64,000 nucleotides of DNA, from NCBI GenBank assembly GCA_030141605.1, contig JAQGDQ010000158.1:410437-474436 (forward strand), written 5' to 3'. The stretch is from Tubiluchus corallicola (taxonomy: Eukaryota; Animalia; Priapulida). How positions within the stretch are numbered: the stretch's first letter is position 1; the number at the start of each line of letters is the position of its first letter. Shown here one piece after another: positions 52,071 to 64,000 of this stretch. The notes under the pieces were generated by a model. It made no database searches, had not been told where the DNA came from, and saw only the letters and a program-made list of their open reading frames with translations. Position numbers and translations under genes: made by a program.

Positions 52071-53520
52071 GACTACATACTGTATAGGAGAAGCAATGAC
52101 GGAAGTGCGTGTCTCTACTTCCTGTACGAGCCACCAGTCATTTTGTGAATAGTTTTGTTGCATTATTAACGACATGGAGCAAATTATTCTATCGACAATT
52201 GGAGCTACGCTAGTTGAACTGCTCACTGCTGCTCAGACTAAAGTTGATTCTGTTTGATCGGAAATGAGCTTCTACCTCGTCATAGAATTAATGTCGTGCC
52301 GATAATGTCTCTTAATAATACCATTGCACTTTCTTGTTGCATTTTTTATATTTTAACAGCTTCTACGTGTATACGAAAACACGGTTAGTGTTATTATTGA
52401 AACTTATGAACCCTATTAGGCACGAGTAAACTGTAATTTTGATTATTACTGTCTAATCTTTTAGACGCATCAAAACAAACGGACGTCTTTGGAATAGATG
52501 TTTGCATAAATTAAACCAATTATAATTATTTTTTACAAAAGTTATACAGTGATTGGAATGGCTGGTGATTGAATCTGTATTTTGCGTGGCGAAGCAATTG
52601 AAACTTTTTACAGAAAAGCAACTTTAATCTATTGTAAATGCTTTAAATAAAATGAATAGAAAAGTAAAATGTTTTAACCTTGAACTGATGTAGGTACCCA
52701 TAATGGGTGCCTAAATTTTTCTGTTTTAATAAACAACTTTTCCACAGGCCTATTCATATCTGCTTAGCCAAACGTTATTTTGAACTTTCCGCGTAAATTT
52801 GCACTGCCATTGTCACTAATTATCAGAGGAGCTTACAAATGAAATTACAGAAACACAAAGAGCGTAACATTGGCTTGGTAAAACAAAGTTTCAGCTAATT
52901 TACTTTAGCTGAGTATTTGCTGTTCAGATTGACTCTGCATCGTGTAACAAGTCACATACAGCTCAGTATTAATTGGAAACTAGTTGACAGTTCAGGTTGG
53001 AGACCATAGAAGCACTGAAAGCGTAAACATATTTTATGGACTGAATCTCATATTCAGTTACGCTACCTGGCGGCCATACATTGTTTACATTACTGATGAA
53101 CATGAGACGACCCGAGAAATGTTTATGCTTCATTTTCTCGGGTTTTCCCGAACGTCAGCAGATAAAACTGGCTTCTTCTACTTCTCTGTTATACTAAGAA
53201 TATTGAATAAGCACATTTAATTACTTCATCGCACTATAGTATTTGTATTTGCACCATTGCACCATAGTATAGTATGTTCTATAGTTTATACACGTACTTG
53301 GTAATAACATACCTATAGTAACGCACACTTCAGTAATTTGCAAAACAAATTTTAATGCACGTACATCATGTACCTGTACAACATTTAATACACATTCATT
53401 TGACAAACACGTACATCAAATAACTTTAAAAATCAAAAGCCATCATTGCTATATACAGGTTATTTCATAGTGACAATTTGACAATTTATTTTTGCGAATT
53501 AAGTATTCAAAATTTATTGG

Positions 53521-53560
53521 CCAAAACGTTTCGATCTAAATTGATCATCCTCAGGAGTAC
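53521..53560 (-). ncRNA. Minimal hammerhead ribozyme-like motif (Penelope type)
   Basis: Minus strand CTGAGGA-T-GATC-AATTTA-GATC-GAAACGTT: CUGANGA box, 4-bp stem II, GAAA box, palindromic AACGTT. Stem I is weak. Confidence 0.55.
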
Positions 53561-56458
53561 AACCAAAAAAAGAAACAACAGTTAGGGATTTTTTAAATTG
53601 TAAGAATCAACTTATGCCATTTTCAATCTAATGTCACCTGCCTAATGACTAATATAGAGTCCAATCGCAGATTTATAACCAAGTATACCCTATTGTAAAT
53701 TTGAGTAACTTGGGTAAGCCATATATATATATATATACATATTCGCATATACATCATATAAAAATGCGCCATACATACTAAAATATGTACACAATTAAGA
53801 AGCAACATAATAATGAGGGGTGGTGTGGGGGAGACACAAAGAGCAAACGCTTCTTGCATGTATCTGCTAAATACTAAGATGGCATTTAGATCGGCATAAT
53901 TTAATCGCCATTTAAAAAGGTTTCGTGCTTTACCCATGATTCATCATTTGCAATGATAGAACGTTTCAAATCGAAAGAACCCTATTAGAAAAAAATGACC
54001 AAACGTTGGGGGGGGGGGGCGTGGTAACTTGGCTAAGTTATATTTTACTGCACCTGGATAACACATGCTTTCCTGATTTTCACTGAATTATTTGCTGTGT
54101 TTCTCGCTTGATATAATAACTCCTGTAAACACATATTTTTCGCCGAGATACTGCACTCCTTCTCCTTGTCATGCAATCACGAAAGTATAACACCACGGAG
54201 CATAACACTGTAATCGGAGAATTAACGTCAAACAAAATGTCAATCATTATCAGTCAACCTTAGCTGACCGTCCAATCAGCGTGCATATTTTTCACACACC
54301 CACAGAACCGGTTCATTACCTCGTCTTTCGGGACAAACAGAGACATGAGCTGTGACTATGTATTGTCGGTATAATTATGTTATATTCTTATGAAAAATGC
54401 GCAAATTTTCATCAGTTTGCCGGAGAGAAATCAGGCTGAGTTTAGATTTTATTACAGGTTGTCGATTGTCTGTATTGTCGATTGAAATTGCAGGTGAATT
54501 AGAGGAAATATAGTCTAATTTCGTCCTTTATAGGAAGAAATGCGCAGCGGTTGCGTCTGGGAGTTACTGATTTTGTTACTAATAAAATACGCAGTTTAGT
54601 TTAATGTACGACCTTGTAAGCTAGACAAAGACAAGTATTTGATTAATTTAAAAAAATACAAATTAACGTAACGAGGTTAATTAGACCCATCATATGTTGC
54701 TGCTTTAATGATCGCAAATATAATATGGCCTACTTGAACAAAGGTAACAATGAAATTTACAACTTTATATCGAATCCTGAGTTGGCAGGTATAAATGATT
54801 CAAGGTTAACATGCATATAAGAATTACAGCCTGAGCACTTCCAGGTAGGTTTGCGCAGGTTACAGGAATGGCCAGTTAGCAATAGCTGAGGCCTAGCGGC
54901 AGAGTTGAACTCATGAATTCACATTCAGCCAAAACGTTTTCTTTGCTGGTCAGTTTTCATAAACTTCAATAAGATCTTCACGGTCCAAATTAATTCAAAT
55001 GTGGTCAAAATTTATCTTATATATAAATGTAAAATTTGTATCCTGAAATAGTCAATTTTATGACATTCTTCTGGTTATAATCAGGGTTAAAAGATGCCAT
55101 TGAGATTTATGACTTACGTAACTTAGGCAAGATCGTCTACGGAATACATTCAGAATTTTTCCATGTCTGTAATCTAGCATACGTTGAAAAAATGTAAAAA
55201 GCGGATAAAATCTTGCGAACGACCACATGATTAGTTAAAATTAGAAAAAATACGTCGCAGGTATGATGTGTTCGTATATTCAAAGGCAAAAGAGACTCAT
55301 AAATATATTTTGTTGCTTATTTATTGTAAAGCAAGGCTAATTGGCTTAGTTTCTTTATTATACTTATGTCTCTATATTTTGTAGTGCTTCGAAACTTAGA
55401 CTCTACGTTCTGTTTAAATTGAAGTCAATTGTTTGGCTACTTGAAGTGTTAATTTCGTGTAAAAATAGCTGCTGCTCTGCAAATTCGTTGTTGTCCAACG
55501 TGAGCTGTTGTCCCGAATGCCGCTGAGCGTGCTTGCGATAGGTCAATATGTTTGACGTGCGCCATCCAACGGGTAGCGGGTGAAAAAGTACAAAGTGTTC
55601 CTCATATCTATGACGTTGGTAATAACAATAACGTTATCTTCTGCCGTAATGTTATTATCTATGGTTTCCTCGCCATTGAAGCGTTAGCGCCACAAACTTT
55701 CTGACTCGGTATAATGTTGAGCTCCGTGACAACATTAATAGCGTTTACCTCCGTGATGCAATACAGAACTCTGCCATTTCCTCATTGTGGGACAAACAAT
55801 GCGTCTTCCAAATTTCCATGAAAACCATAAATCGATTGACAACCGCAAACGCGCATTAGCTTATTACCAGCATTTCGGAAGATGTAAGCAAAGACTATGT
55901 AGAATGTTCGGTTATCATTAGTTTATTAAACTACTGTGCTGTCATTTCTCGCACAGTCTTTAGAGCAGTTGCTCTCGATAAAGAGGCTGTGTAGCTCGGC
56001 TTGTAAAGCAGCTAAAAAGCTGAAATTTGACAGAATGATGCTTTGTCATGATAGTACTTCACACCTGGAAGCCGATACAAGTCGGAACAGAAAAAACTCA
56101 ATTACTGAGTAACAAATGCTTCGCATTCCACAATATATAGGTCAGCACAGCGCTGCTTCTTTGCCATTTTTTCTGACCAGGGTTTCAATCATTATGTAAA
56201 TGTAATACTTTTAATATTTAAAACAATCGATCATCAATTGAATATAAAAATTTAATCATGTAAAAAACGTAACCCGTTCCCACTCAAAAGTTCAAATCAT
56301 AATGTTACGCTGAGATATTTAATCGAAAACTGAAGTTATTTATTGTGTTGCAATGCTGAACTTCGTTATAAAACTTCCTTATCAATTTATTATGATCCTG
56401 TTAACTATTTTTGACGACTCTAGTTATTTTACTCGTACATTTGTTTCTGTTGTTTTAG

Positions 56459-56563
56459 GAAGAGAATCGCGAAGTCAAACCGGAGAGACTGTGCAATAAA
56501 CTTCAGAAGCCAGAAAAACAGATGAAACAACAGTTAATCACCACCATCAGTATTATTGCTTGA
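56459..56563 (+). other. Candidate downstream exon of the CCAP-like gene (alternative coding end or 3'UTR exon)
   Basis: Strong pyrimidine tract and acceptor tttgtttctgttgttttag. The phase-0 frame reads EENREVKPERLCNKLQKPEKQMKQQLITTISIIA then TGA. AATAAA at 56793-56798. No homology support. Confidence 0.3.
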
Positions 56564-57284
56564 GAAAGTTGAAAGGCTAGCGTCTCCGCAAAAAATCATC
56601 GTTCTTAATTTGTTATTACTTTTGATTGTGTAATACATAAAATGAGTAAATTAACTGATCAATGACGAACTGCACATATACAAGGTGGGCATGGAAAGAG
56701 TTAAAATTAATATAGAAAGAAGGGAGGGAATAAGGTTAAGCTATTGAGTGAACCATCAAAAGAAATTCTTTATGTTCTATTTCTTACAAACTAATAAATT
56801 ACTATGATCTTTTTAATAATTATACGGACTGATATTTTCCATTATCTGTGTTATTATATTGAGGTGAAATACAAATTTCTTGTACAAAATTGTGGTCTTT
56901 TGTTATAAAAAATCTGTTAATCAACTGTCTTGGTTTTTGTTTAGTCGTATGTATGTATGTGCGTTCTTTTTCCTATTCCGAGAGAAGGAGTGATCATCAA
57001 AAAGTGAGGCTTTTTTACTATGCACACTCTGGTGGCTCTGAGAAGATTTAAACTTCATATGTGTTAGCAACTTCATAAGTAGTGAATGTTTAATGTAGTA
57101 TAGCAAACGTGAGTGCCATTGTAACCATTGATTATAAATTTGAAATTTTTTAAACTTGACAGTTCTTTTCTAATAATTGCAGATTTTAGCTATTGGTAAA
57201 TTATGAACTGATTAATTAGGAAATCAAACAGTTTATATGTAATCAGCAATTAACCTAACGCTTAATTAATTGAGAGGAGAAAGC

Positions 57285-57370
57285 CTTGAAAATTTTGAGA
57301 CAACCAGAATTCGAACTCAGTAACTTGTGGTATCAGGCCGCGTGTTTTTCCATTTGAGCTATCATCCTCC
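57285..57370 (-). mobile_element. tRNA-derived SINE head fragment
   Basis: Minus strand reads A-box TAGCTCAAATGG and B-box GAGTTCGAATTC at tRNA-like spacing; stems are degenerate. Confidence 0.55.
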
Positions 57371-58007
57371 TCGGTAGAACTCGTTAACAACAATAATTAT
57401 TATAATAAGGGGAAATTTGGGATTCTATCACAGAGTTAGAGCAGCTAATTTGGTTACATTGATTATTTGGCTTTTTGATCGTCTCATTTTCTCGACAGCA
57501 CGGTGAAAGCGATTTACGAAATGTCGCATTCTCTCCCATATAAGACATCATGATTCTTACTGTGTGAGGGCGGTATCTTGAATAAGATCGTAAAGCTTCA
57601 AAATGTTTTTCAAAAATGCAACGCTACACCAACGCATCTCAAGCAGCTTATTATAGTGGTTAATGGCAACACTTTTTTCTCACAAGTAAGGCAGTGTTTC
57701 ATGCTATCATGTTTTCAAAGCTTTATGAACGGCAGCTTTGTTGTCTTTCACACCGCTTTTCGTATTAAATAAATTATTTAATTAAAAGAGTAGAGTATTT
57801 CCTCGCACAGAGTAATAACAACTTTAATGACGGCCAACGTAATGGATTTTCACTTAGAGCTGAAATCTCTTATCACGAATGTTGAAATATTTATATAAGT
57901 TGTATCAGTGAGGTAAACCACGAGCTTATTCACTAGCTTTCCCATGTTAGATTGTTTGCTCACTCTATCATGTATTCTCGTTCATTCGCTTTTTGTTCAT
58001 TTCCTCA

Positions 58008-58692
58008 ATGACTCCTGAAGGTTCCTCCTGATGACTCCTACCTGAAGGTTCCTCCTGATGACTCCTGAAGGTTCCTCTTGATGACTTCTGGAGGTTCCTC
58101 CTGATGACCTGCATGTTCCTTAAGAACTCCTAGAGGTTCACCTTGTTGACACATAAAAGTTCCTCCTCATGACACCTAGAGTTTCCTCTTGATGACTCCT
58201 GGAGGCTCCTCCTGATTATTTCTGGATTTTCCTCCTGATGACTTTTGGAGGTTCCTTCTAATGATTCTTGGAGGTTCCTTTTGATGAATCCTGGAGGTTC
58301 CTCTTGATGACTCCTGGGGTCTTCTTCTGGCGATTTCTGGAGGTTCCTTCTAATGACGGCTGGTGTTTCCTCCTATTCACTTCTGAAGTTTCCTCCTGTT
58401 CACTCATAGAGGTTCCTCCTGATGGCCCCTGGAGCCTGGAGGTTCCTCCTGATGACTACTGAAGGTTCCTCCTGATGATTTCTGGAGGTTCCTCATGATG
58501 ACTCCTGGAGGTTCTTCCTGATGACTATTGGAGGTTCCTCCTGATGTTTTCTGCTGGATCCTCCTGATGACTCCTTGTGGTTCCTCGTGATGACTCTTGA
58601 AGGTTCCTTCTGATGACTCCTGGTGGTTTCTCCTGATGACTTCTGGAGGTTCCTCCTGATGACTTCTAAAGTTCCTCCTGATGACTCCTGAT
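58008..58692. repeat. 23-bp minisatellite, about 30 degenerate copies
   Basis: Consensus near GGAGGTTCCTCCTGATGACTCCT. Confidence 0.92.
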
Positions 58693-59739
58693 GTGGTGTT
58701 GCTAAGCGTGGTGTAAATGCATGTTGTCTTGGCATGTGTATAGTTCTTTTGATTATTTCATTCATTCAGTCATTCATTCGCTGTTATAATTTTATTGTCG
58801 TCTTGTTTGACCGATAGTTCATTGATATGCACGTGTACGATTGTTCCGGCATTCTTTTGTTAATTTGGTTGGTCAGTCAACCAGTCAAGCAGTTGATCGG
58901 CAAAGCGGATATCTGTCACTGATAATTATTTATTCATTCGTTTTATTGTGGGTTTCCAAACTTTTGAATTTTCAATGCGACTATCAAAGTAGGTCATCTT
59001 GCTTTAGTAATACAGCATTCATTGTCATAAGCCGCTTGTTATATGTAAGAAAAACAAACATTCCTGTTTTTTCAAACTGACACTCGTTAAATGCTTAAAA
59101 TAAATGCTTTTGCGCAGGTAATACATATAATAGAAAACAAAGTAAGTAATATAAGATCATAAATATGAATGTTTCTGATGTTTAAAAATAATTTTGTTTT
59201 CAGCCATTCAGTATATTTTTCTTCTTTATGAAAATTGCTGTAAAAAGAAAAATTAAAGACATCTAAATTATTTTGCTAAATATTGTTCAGTTTTATATAT
59301 TACATCAATGTACAATCTACATTTTTACAAATCGCAAACTTCATAAAGCAGTTTACGTAATACGTTTTAATTACCGGTTCATGGTCAGTGCTGAACCAAC
59401 AATTCAGTAATTAACACATTATCGACGTTCGTCTTGTAATTTTTGCTTCACAAAACTTGAAATTTGTGGCATAAGCTGTTTTGAATCGATGCTTTTTAAG
59501 AGTCTTTTAAATAGAACAATCTGATCTACATTATTATAATGAGGGCACAGTTTCATTCAAGATGTGGTTACGGATGTCAGGCCAACGTCAAGCATATAAA
59601 ATTAGTATTCCTTTATTTTCCATATGGCATTGAAAACTTACATCTAGGCTGCTTAGTGATCAAAGTAAATTTACCTTGTCGATAGCAATTGTACACTATA
59701 CAGCGAAAAGATATCATTCAAACCGACATGTGTTGTTTG

Positions 59740-59930
<191 letters not shown>

Positions 59931-59966
59931 CGTCAAAGTCACTTTTGTTTTTTGAGTCACATTTGA

Positions 59967-60235
59967 TGTAGTCACAGAAAACACTTTAAACAGAGGTTAA
60001 TACCACTGAATGCTTTATTAACATAATTAGTATGTCCAGTATAACATAAATGTTCAACAGCTCCCATAAGTGGATTAACCTGACTGTTCAGAGCACAGGT
60101 GTGTAATCACAGACAGGTGACTAGCAGGTAACAAACAGAAAAGCTGGCCAAAACCAAAAGCTTTACATTCACGTCACAGATGGCGCCTCGTGCACGATAA
60201 GTAAGATTAACAAAAAGAATGCTAAGTCTGCTACA
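59967..60235 (-). repeat. 3' LTR of the BEL/Pao element (269 bp)
   Basis: TGTAG...CTACA inverted ends, directly preceded on the minus strand by the polypurine tract; minus-strand AATAAA near 60014-60019. Confidence 0.85.
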
Positions 60236-60986
60236 CCCGCCTCCTAATGAGCGCTTATAAAGTGGTCATTACAATAATCTGCTTGTAAGTCACTGTACAA
60301 TATTACATGAACTCTGAACAGTAACACTTAGATGCTATTTAGTACAACTAAATATTTCAGTCAAAACTGAACAATCATACAGTTTGATAGTTAACACTAT
60401 TCCAGTGAAACACTTTGAGTGAAATAATTCCAAACATGAAAGTTACAGATAAATACTGTTAGCTAAAGCACTACAAAGCAATGAATCAAATAACGAATCG
60501 ATAATAAGATACGATGTAATAAAACAGAATCTGATGCAATAGTGACTTGATAGCTTATAACAGTTAGCAAAGGCAAATGTCGTTCAATGCTAAGTTCTAT
60601 GTAACACATCATATAAATTTTAGAATTACATTATCACAAAGTTGGCATACTGCCAAGTGATAGAATTTAATGTTAATTTTGTCTGAAAGATTTAAGCAAA
60701 TATTTGACATACATTTCAAATTACTGGCAATTAATTTGGCAAAATTGTAAACTAAATCACACATTCATGAATAACACTTAATTCACAAAATTAACACAGA
60801 ATCAAATATTTCGCATAACAGCGAACTATTGCAGCATCAAATTTAAATAACTAAATAATACAGGCGAGGTCATTTCTCACCAACAATACTGCAGTCATTA
60901 GGTCAAATAAACGTAACTATATATGACAAATATGAAATAATTCGTACTTTAGAATTAAAGTGTATATCAACACATTACACAGAATT

Positions 60987-63900
60987 TTACTCAGCTTCTT
61001 CGAGGAGACATAGCTTAGTTATTGGTCTAAGCAATGTCGTAGATGGGGTCTTCACCATAACTGATCTCACGAGTCCATCCGGAGCTGGAAATACTTCGGT
61101 GATTCTGCCTGTTGTCCATTGATTCCGAGCAGCATTCTCATCAACGACCAGAACCAAATCATTCTCTTTAAAGTTTCTTTTTACAGTCAGCCATTTCTGA
61201 CGTTGTTGCAAGTTTGGAATGTATTCCTTGACCCAGCGGCGCCAGAAGATGTTGACGAGATACTGGCACTGCCTCCATCTCCTTTTCAGCATAGAGTCGT
61301 CTTTGCAGAAGATGCCTGGTGGCAAATTTGGGCAAGGTCGCTGTAGAATGAGGTCATTTGGCGTTAATGGTCTGAAGTCATTTGGGTCATTGGAAAACTC
61401 CGTTAAAGGTCTGTTGTTCATGATGAACTCGGCTTCAGCAATCAAAGTCAGCAAGACTTCATCAGTAATGGTTTGTTCCTTCAACAGTTGCCAGAAGATG
61501 CCACGGAAAGATCTGATACACCTTTCCCAAACACCACCATGGTGACTGGCCCCTGCAGTGTTGAAGGTCCATTTTACACCCCTTTGCACCATATGCTTGT
61601 TTAATTTTTCTTCATTCCACAGTTGTAGAGCTTCACGAAGTTTACGCTCACCACCAATGAAGTTTGTCCCTCTGTCAGTCCAGACTTCCAGCACCTCTCC
61701 TCTTCTACATATGATTCTTCGAAATGCGTTGATGAAGGAGTCGGTGTCAAGATTGTGCGTGATCTCTATATGAACAGCTCTGGTGGCCATGCATGTAGCA
61801 AGGCACCCATAGCGCTTGATGGTAGAACGGCCTTGTCTAACATATATCGGCCCGAAAAAGTCGATTCCTATTCTGGAAAATGGAGGATCGTATGGCTTAA
61901 TCCTTGCAGTCGGAAGATCTGCCATTAACTGCTCGGCAGGCCGGGAGCGTTCTTTCTTGCATTTGAAGCACCGAGACAAAACTCTTCTTACTGCGCTTTT
62001 CCCCTTAATAATGTAATACTTCAGTCTCATCTGGGAAAGAACGTAGTCTCTGCCTAAATGAGCATATGATTCATGATAATATTGAATCAGCAAGTCAGTT
62101 ATGTGATGTTTGTAGGGAAGAATCAGTGGATATTTGTAACCATAGTTGAAGCTACCTCTGGTTAGTCTTCCATAAACTCTCAGTAGGCCTTCGGCATCCA
62201 CGAAGGGTCTGATGCCATACAGAGGACTGGACTTTAGGTGATTCTTCTCTTTATTAAGTGATTCTTTATTACCTGGTAATGCGGGAGACATCAGTTTTAT
62301 CTCTTCTCGAAATGCAATCTTCTGCACCAAATGAATAATGGATTTCTCTGCTTCTTCCAGATCACCATATCGCAGATGCTTCTCTATCTTTCCATGGCAA
62401 CCTGTTCCCTTGTTCCTCAAGTAATGTTTATACTTGATGAACCAAGCTACAGAATTACGGAGTTTTTCCCATGAAGAGAAATAAGTTAGCAACTCGTCTA
62501 TTGGCTCTTCTTGGATGGCCAAGTTGATCTGCACTTTCTTCACTTCTTCATGGTCATCAGGTACTGGGAATAGTGTTGGCTGTGCTGGCCATTCAGCTTG
62601 TGTTTTCCAGAGAAAAGGAGGACCCTTGAACCATCTGTGGTCTGCAGATAGCTGTTCTGCCTTTATGCCTCTTGTTATGTCATCTGCAACATTCTGCGAA
62701 GAAGTGACATACCGCCATTGACTAACATCTGAACCACAATGAATCTCAGCGAGTCTATTGGCCACATACACTTGGAACCTCTTCTTTTCATTTTGGATGA
62801 ATTTCAAAACTGATGTTGAATCAGTCCAGAAAACAACAGCATCTATTTTGATGTCTAAAGCTTCTAGAATTGTTTTGTTTATTCTGACAGCAATAATTGA
62901 AGCTTGCAATTCTAATCTCGGCACAGTTTGTGTTTTCAAAGGAGCAACTCTGCTCTTAGCTGTTAGCAGACAACAATGAATCTGTCCCTGCTGATTAACA
63001 AACCGGACATAGGAGCATACTCCATAGGCATCATTCGAGGCATCACTAAAATGATGCAGTTGGGTAGATGTAGCAGGTCCGAAATTGATCAGCTTGATAC
63101 ATCTCGGAATATTCAGGTCATTAAGACTGCTCAAGCTACTGGTCCACTTTAGCCACTTAGCTTCTAGATCATCTGGGATATGCTCATCCCAATCAAGCTT
63201 TAGCTTGCACAAGTGCTGGAGTAAGACCTTGGCTGGTAGAATCACAGCACATAAGAAACCCAAAGGGTCAAACAATGATGATGTCTCAGACAGGATACCT
63301 CGCCTCGTGGTAGGTTTGCCCTTCAGAACAGACTTGAATTGAAATACATCATCTTGAGTGTTCCATCTAATTCCAAGGGCACTCTCTATTGGTGGATCAG
63401 CTAGCTTCTGTTGCAAGTCCAGAATAGGTTTGGCTCTTTCCAATTCCGGAATTTCTTTGATAACAGCCTCTCTGTTACTAAGGAACTTTGTCAAGTGGAA
63501 ACCGCCTCTCTGCAGTAGTTCCGTGAGGCTATTTGCTAGTCTTACTGCTTCATACTCTGTGCTGACAGACTTTAACAGATCGTCAACATAAAAATTGTTC
63601 TTTACAGCATACAGTGTTGCAGCATCAAAATCATGAGCATTGTCATCAGCTGTCTTTCTGACTGCCAGATTGGCACAAAATGGTGATGAGATACAACCAA
63701 ACAAGTGAACAGACATGTGGTAGTCTACTGGACTGTCGCCAATCTGAGCGCCATCATCATACCACAAGAATCTCAGCATGTCATACTGTGAAGGATCTAC
63801 GAGGACCTGGTTGAACATGCCCTCGATGTCTGCACAAATAGCAACTTCATGCTCTCGGAACCGTAGCAATACATCTAATAAATTTGATGTCAGATTTGGT

Positions 63901-64000
63901 CCAGACATTATAACATCATTCAGAGATATGCCATTGCACTTGCAGGAGCAATTAAAAACAACACGGATCTTGTTTGGCTTCCTAGGGTGAAATACTCCAT
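60987..64000 (-). CDS. pol: BEL/Pao pol polyprotein (RT, RNase H, integrase), 5'-truncated by the window
   Basis: The frame stays open to the window edge (GVFHPRKPNKIRVVFNCS...SLNDVIMSGPNL). RT motifs ADIEGMF and YVDD; Pao DPLG motif; RNase H FSDAS, PRLEL, WTDS; zinc finger HESYAH...CFKC; integrase GIDFFGP, TDRGTNF, GVWER; C-terminal RPITKLCLL. Confidence 0.97.
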   Translation of the reverse strand, partial: GVFHPRKPNKIRVVFNCSCKCNGISLNDVIMSGPNLTSNLLDVLLRFREHEVAICADIEGMFNQVLVDPSQYDMLRFLWYDDGAQIGDSPVDYHMSVHLFGCISSPFCANLAVRKTADDNAHDFDAATLYAVKNNFYVDDLLKSVSTEYEAVRLANSLTELLQRGGFHLTKFLSNREAVIKEIPELERAKPILDLQQKLADPPIESALGIRWNTQDDVFQFKSVLKGKPTTRRGILSETSSLFDPLGFLCAVILPAKVLLQHLCKLKLDWDEHIPDDLEAKWLKWTSSLSSLNDLNIPRCIKLINFGPATSTQLHHFSDASNDAYGVCSYVRFVNQQGQIHCCLLTAKSRVAPLKTQTVPRLELQASIIAVRINKTILEALDIKIDAVVFWTDSTSVLKFIQNEKKRFQVYVANRLAEIHCGSDVSQWRYVTSSQNVADDITRGIKAEQLSADHRWFKGPPFLWKTQAEWPAQPTLFPVPDDHEEVKKVQINLAIQEEPIDELLTYFSSWEKLRNSVAWFIKYKHYLRNKGTGCHGKIEKHLRYGDLEEAEKSIIHLVQKIAFREEIKLMSPALPGNKESLNKEKNHLKSSPLYGIRPFVDAEGLLRVYGRLTRGSFNYGYKYPLILPYKHHITDLLIQYYHESYAHLGRDYVLSQMRLKYYIIKGKSAVRRVLSRCFKCKKERSRPAEQLMADLPTARIKPYDPPFSRIGIDFFGPIYVRQGRSTIKRYGCLATCMATRAVHIEITHNLDTDSFINAFRRIICRRGEVLEVWTDRGTNFIGGERKLREALQLWNEEKLNKHMVQRGVKWTFNTAGASHHGGVWERCIRSFRGIFWQLLKEQTITDEVLLTLIAEAEFIMNNRPLTEFSNDPNDFRPLTPNDLILQRPCPNLPPGIFCKDDSMLKRRWRQCQYLVNIFWRRWVKEYIPNLQQRQKWLTVKRNFKENDLVLVVDENAARNQWTTGRITEVFPAPDGLVRSVMVKTPSTTLLRPITKLCLLEEAE

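Larger units (their letters stand above)
59967..64000 (-). mobile_element. BEL/Pao LTR retrotransposon, 3' portion (runs off the window end)
   Basis: Long pol ORF with RT-RNaseH-integrase order, about 740 bp of 3' non-coding sequence, polypurine tract AGGAGGCGGG (60236-60245) abutting a 3' LTR. Confidence 0.95.

Noticed and set aside
52674-54809. piggyBac-like TTAACCTTGAA inverted ends
   Set aside because: Only an 11-bp match, no transposase remnant, and similarity does not extend inward.
58008-58692. Repeated CTGATGA suggesting tandem hammerhead ribozymes or snoRNA boxes
   Set aside because: No GAAA partner box or stem II in the 23-bp unit; an ordinary minisatellite. The ORFs over it are repeat artefacts.
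61119-63990. Plus-strand ORFs overlapping the pol gene
   Set aside because: Antisense shadows of the long minus-strand retrotransposon ORF.

Overview
AT-rich, microsatellite-dense DNA from an intron-containing animal genome, most likely an invertebrate; the host cannot be identified from the sequence. The ORF track is mostly noise. Reading splice sites by hand gives two host genes. (1) A minus-strand TspanC8-class tetraspanin (8-Cys large loop, TSPAN5/14/17/33-like) has seven clear coding exons at 1806-7468 and two competing first exons. (2) A plus-strand three-exon neuropeptide precursor (36859-47042, 129 aa) belongs to the crustacean cardioactive peptide (CCAP) family. It encodes TWO divergent CCAP-like cyclic peptides (PFCNQFTGC-RIRYS and PFCNLHTGC-SLQ), neither followed by the amidation glycine. 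This is the most interesting object in the window. The rest is mobile and repetitive DNA: the 3' part of an apparently intact BEL/Pao LTR retrotransposon (59967-64000, minus), a solo LTR with a 5-bp TSD, a full-length 5S-rRNA-headed SINE with a TSD, tRNA-derived SINE heads, several decayed LINE RT fragments, MITEs, Penelope-type hammerhead-like motifs, and mini- and microsatellites. All calls were made by eye; no database searches were run.
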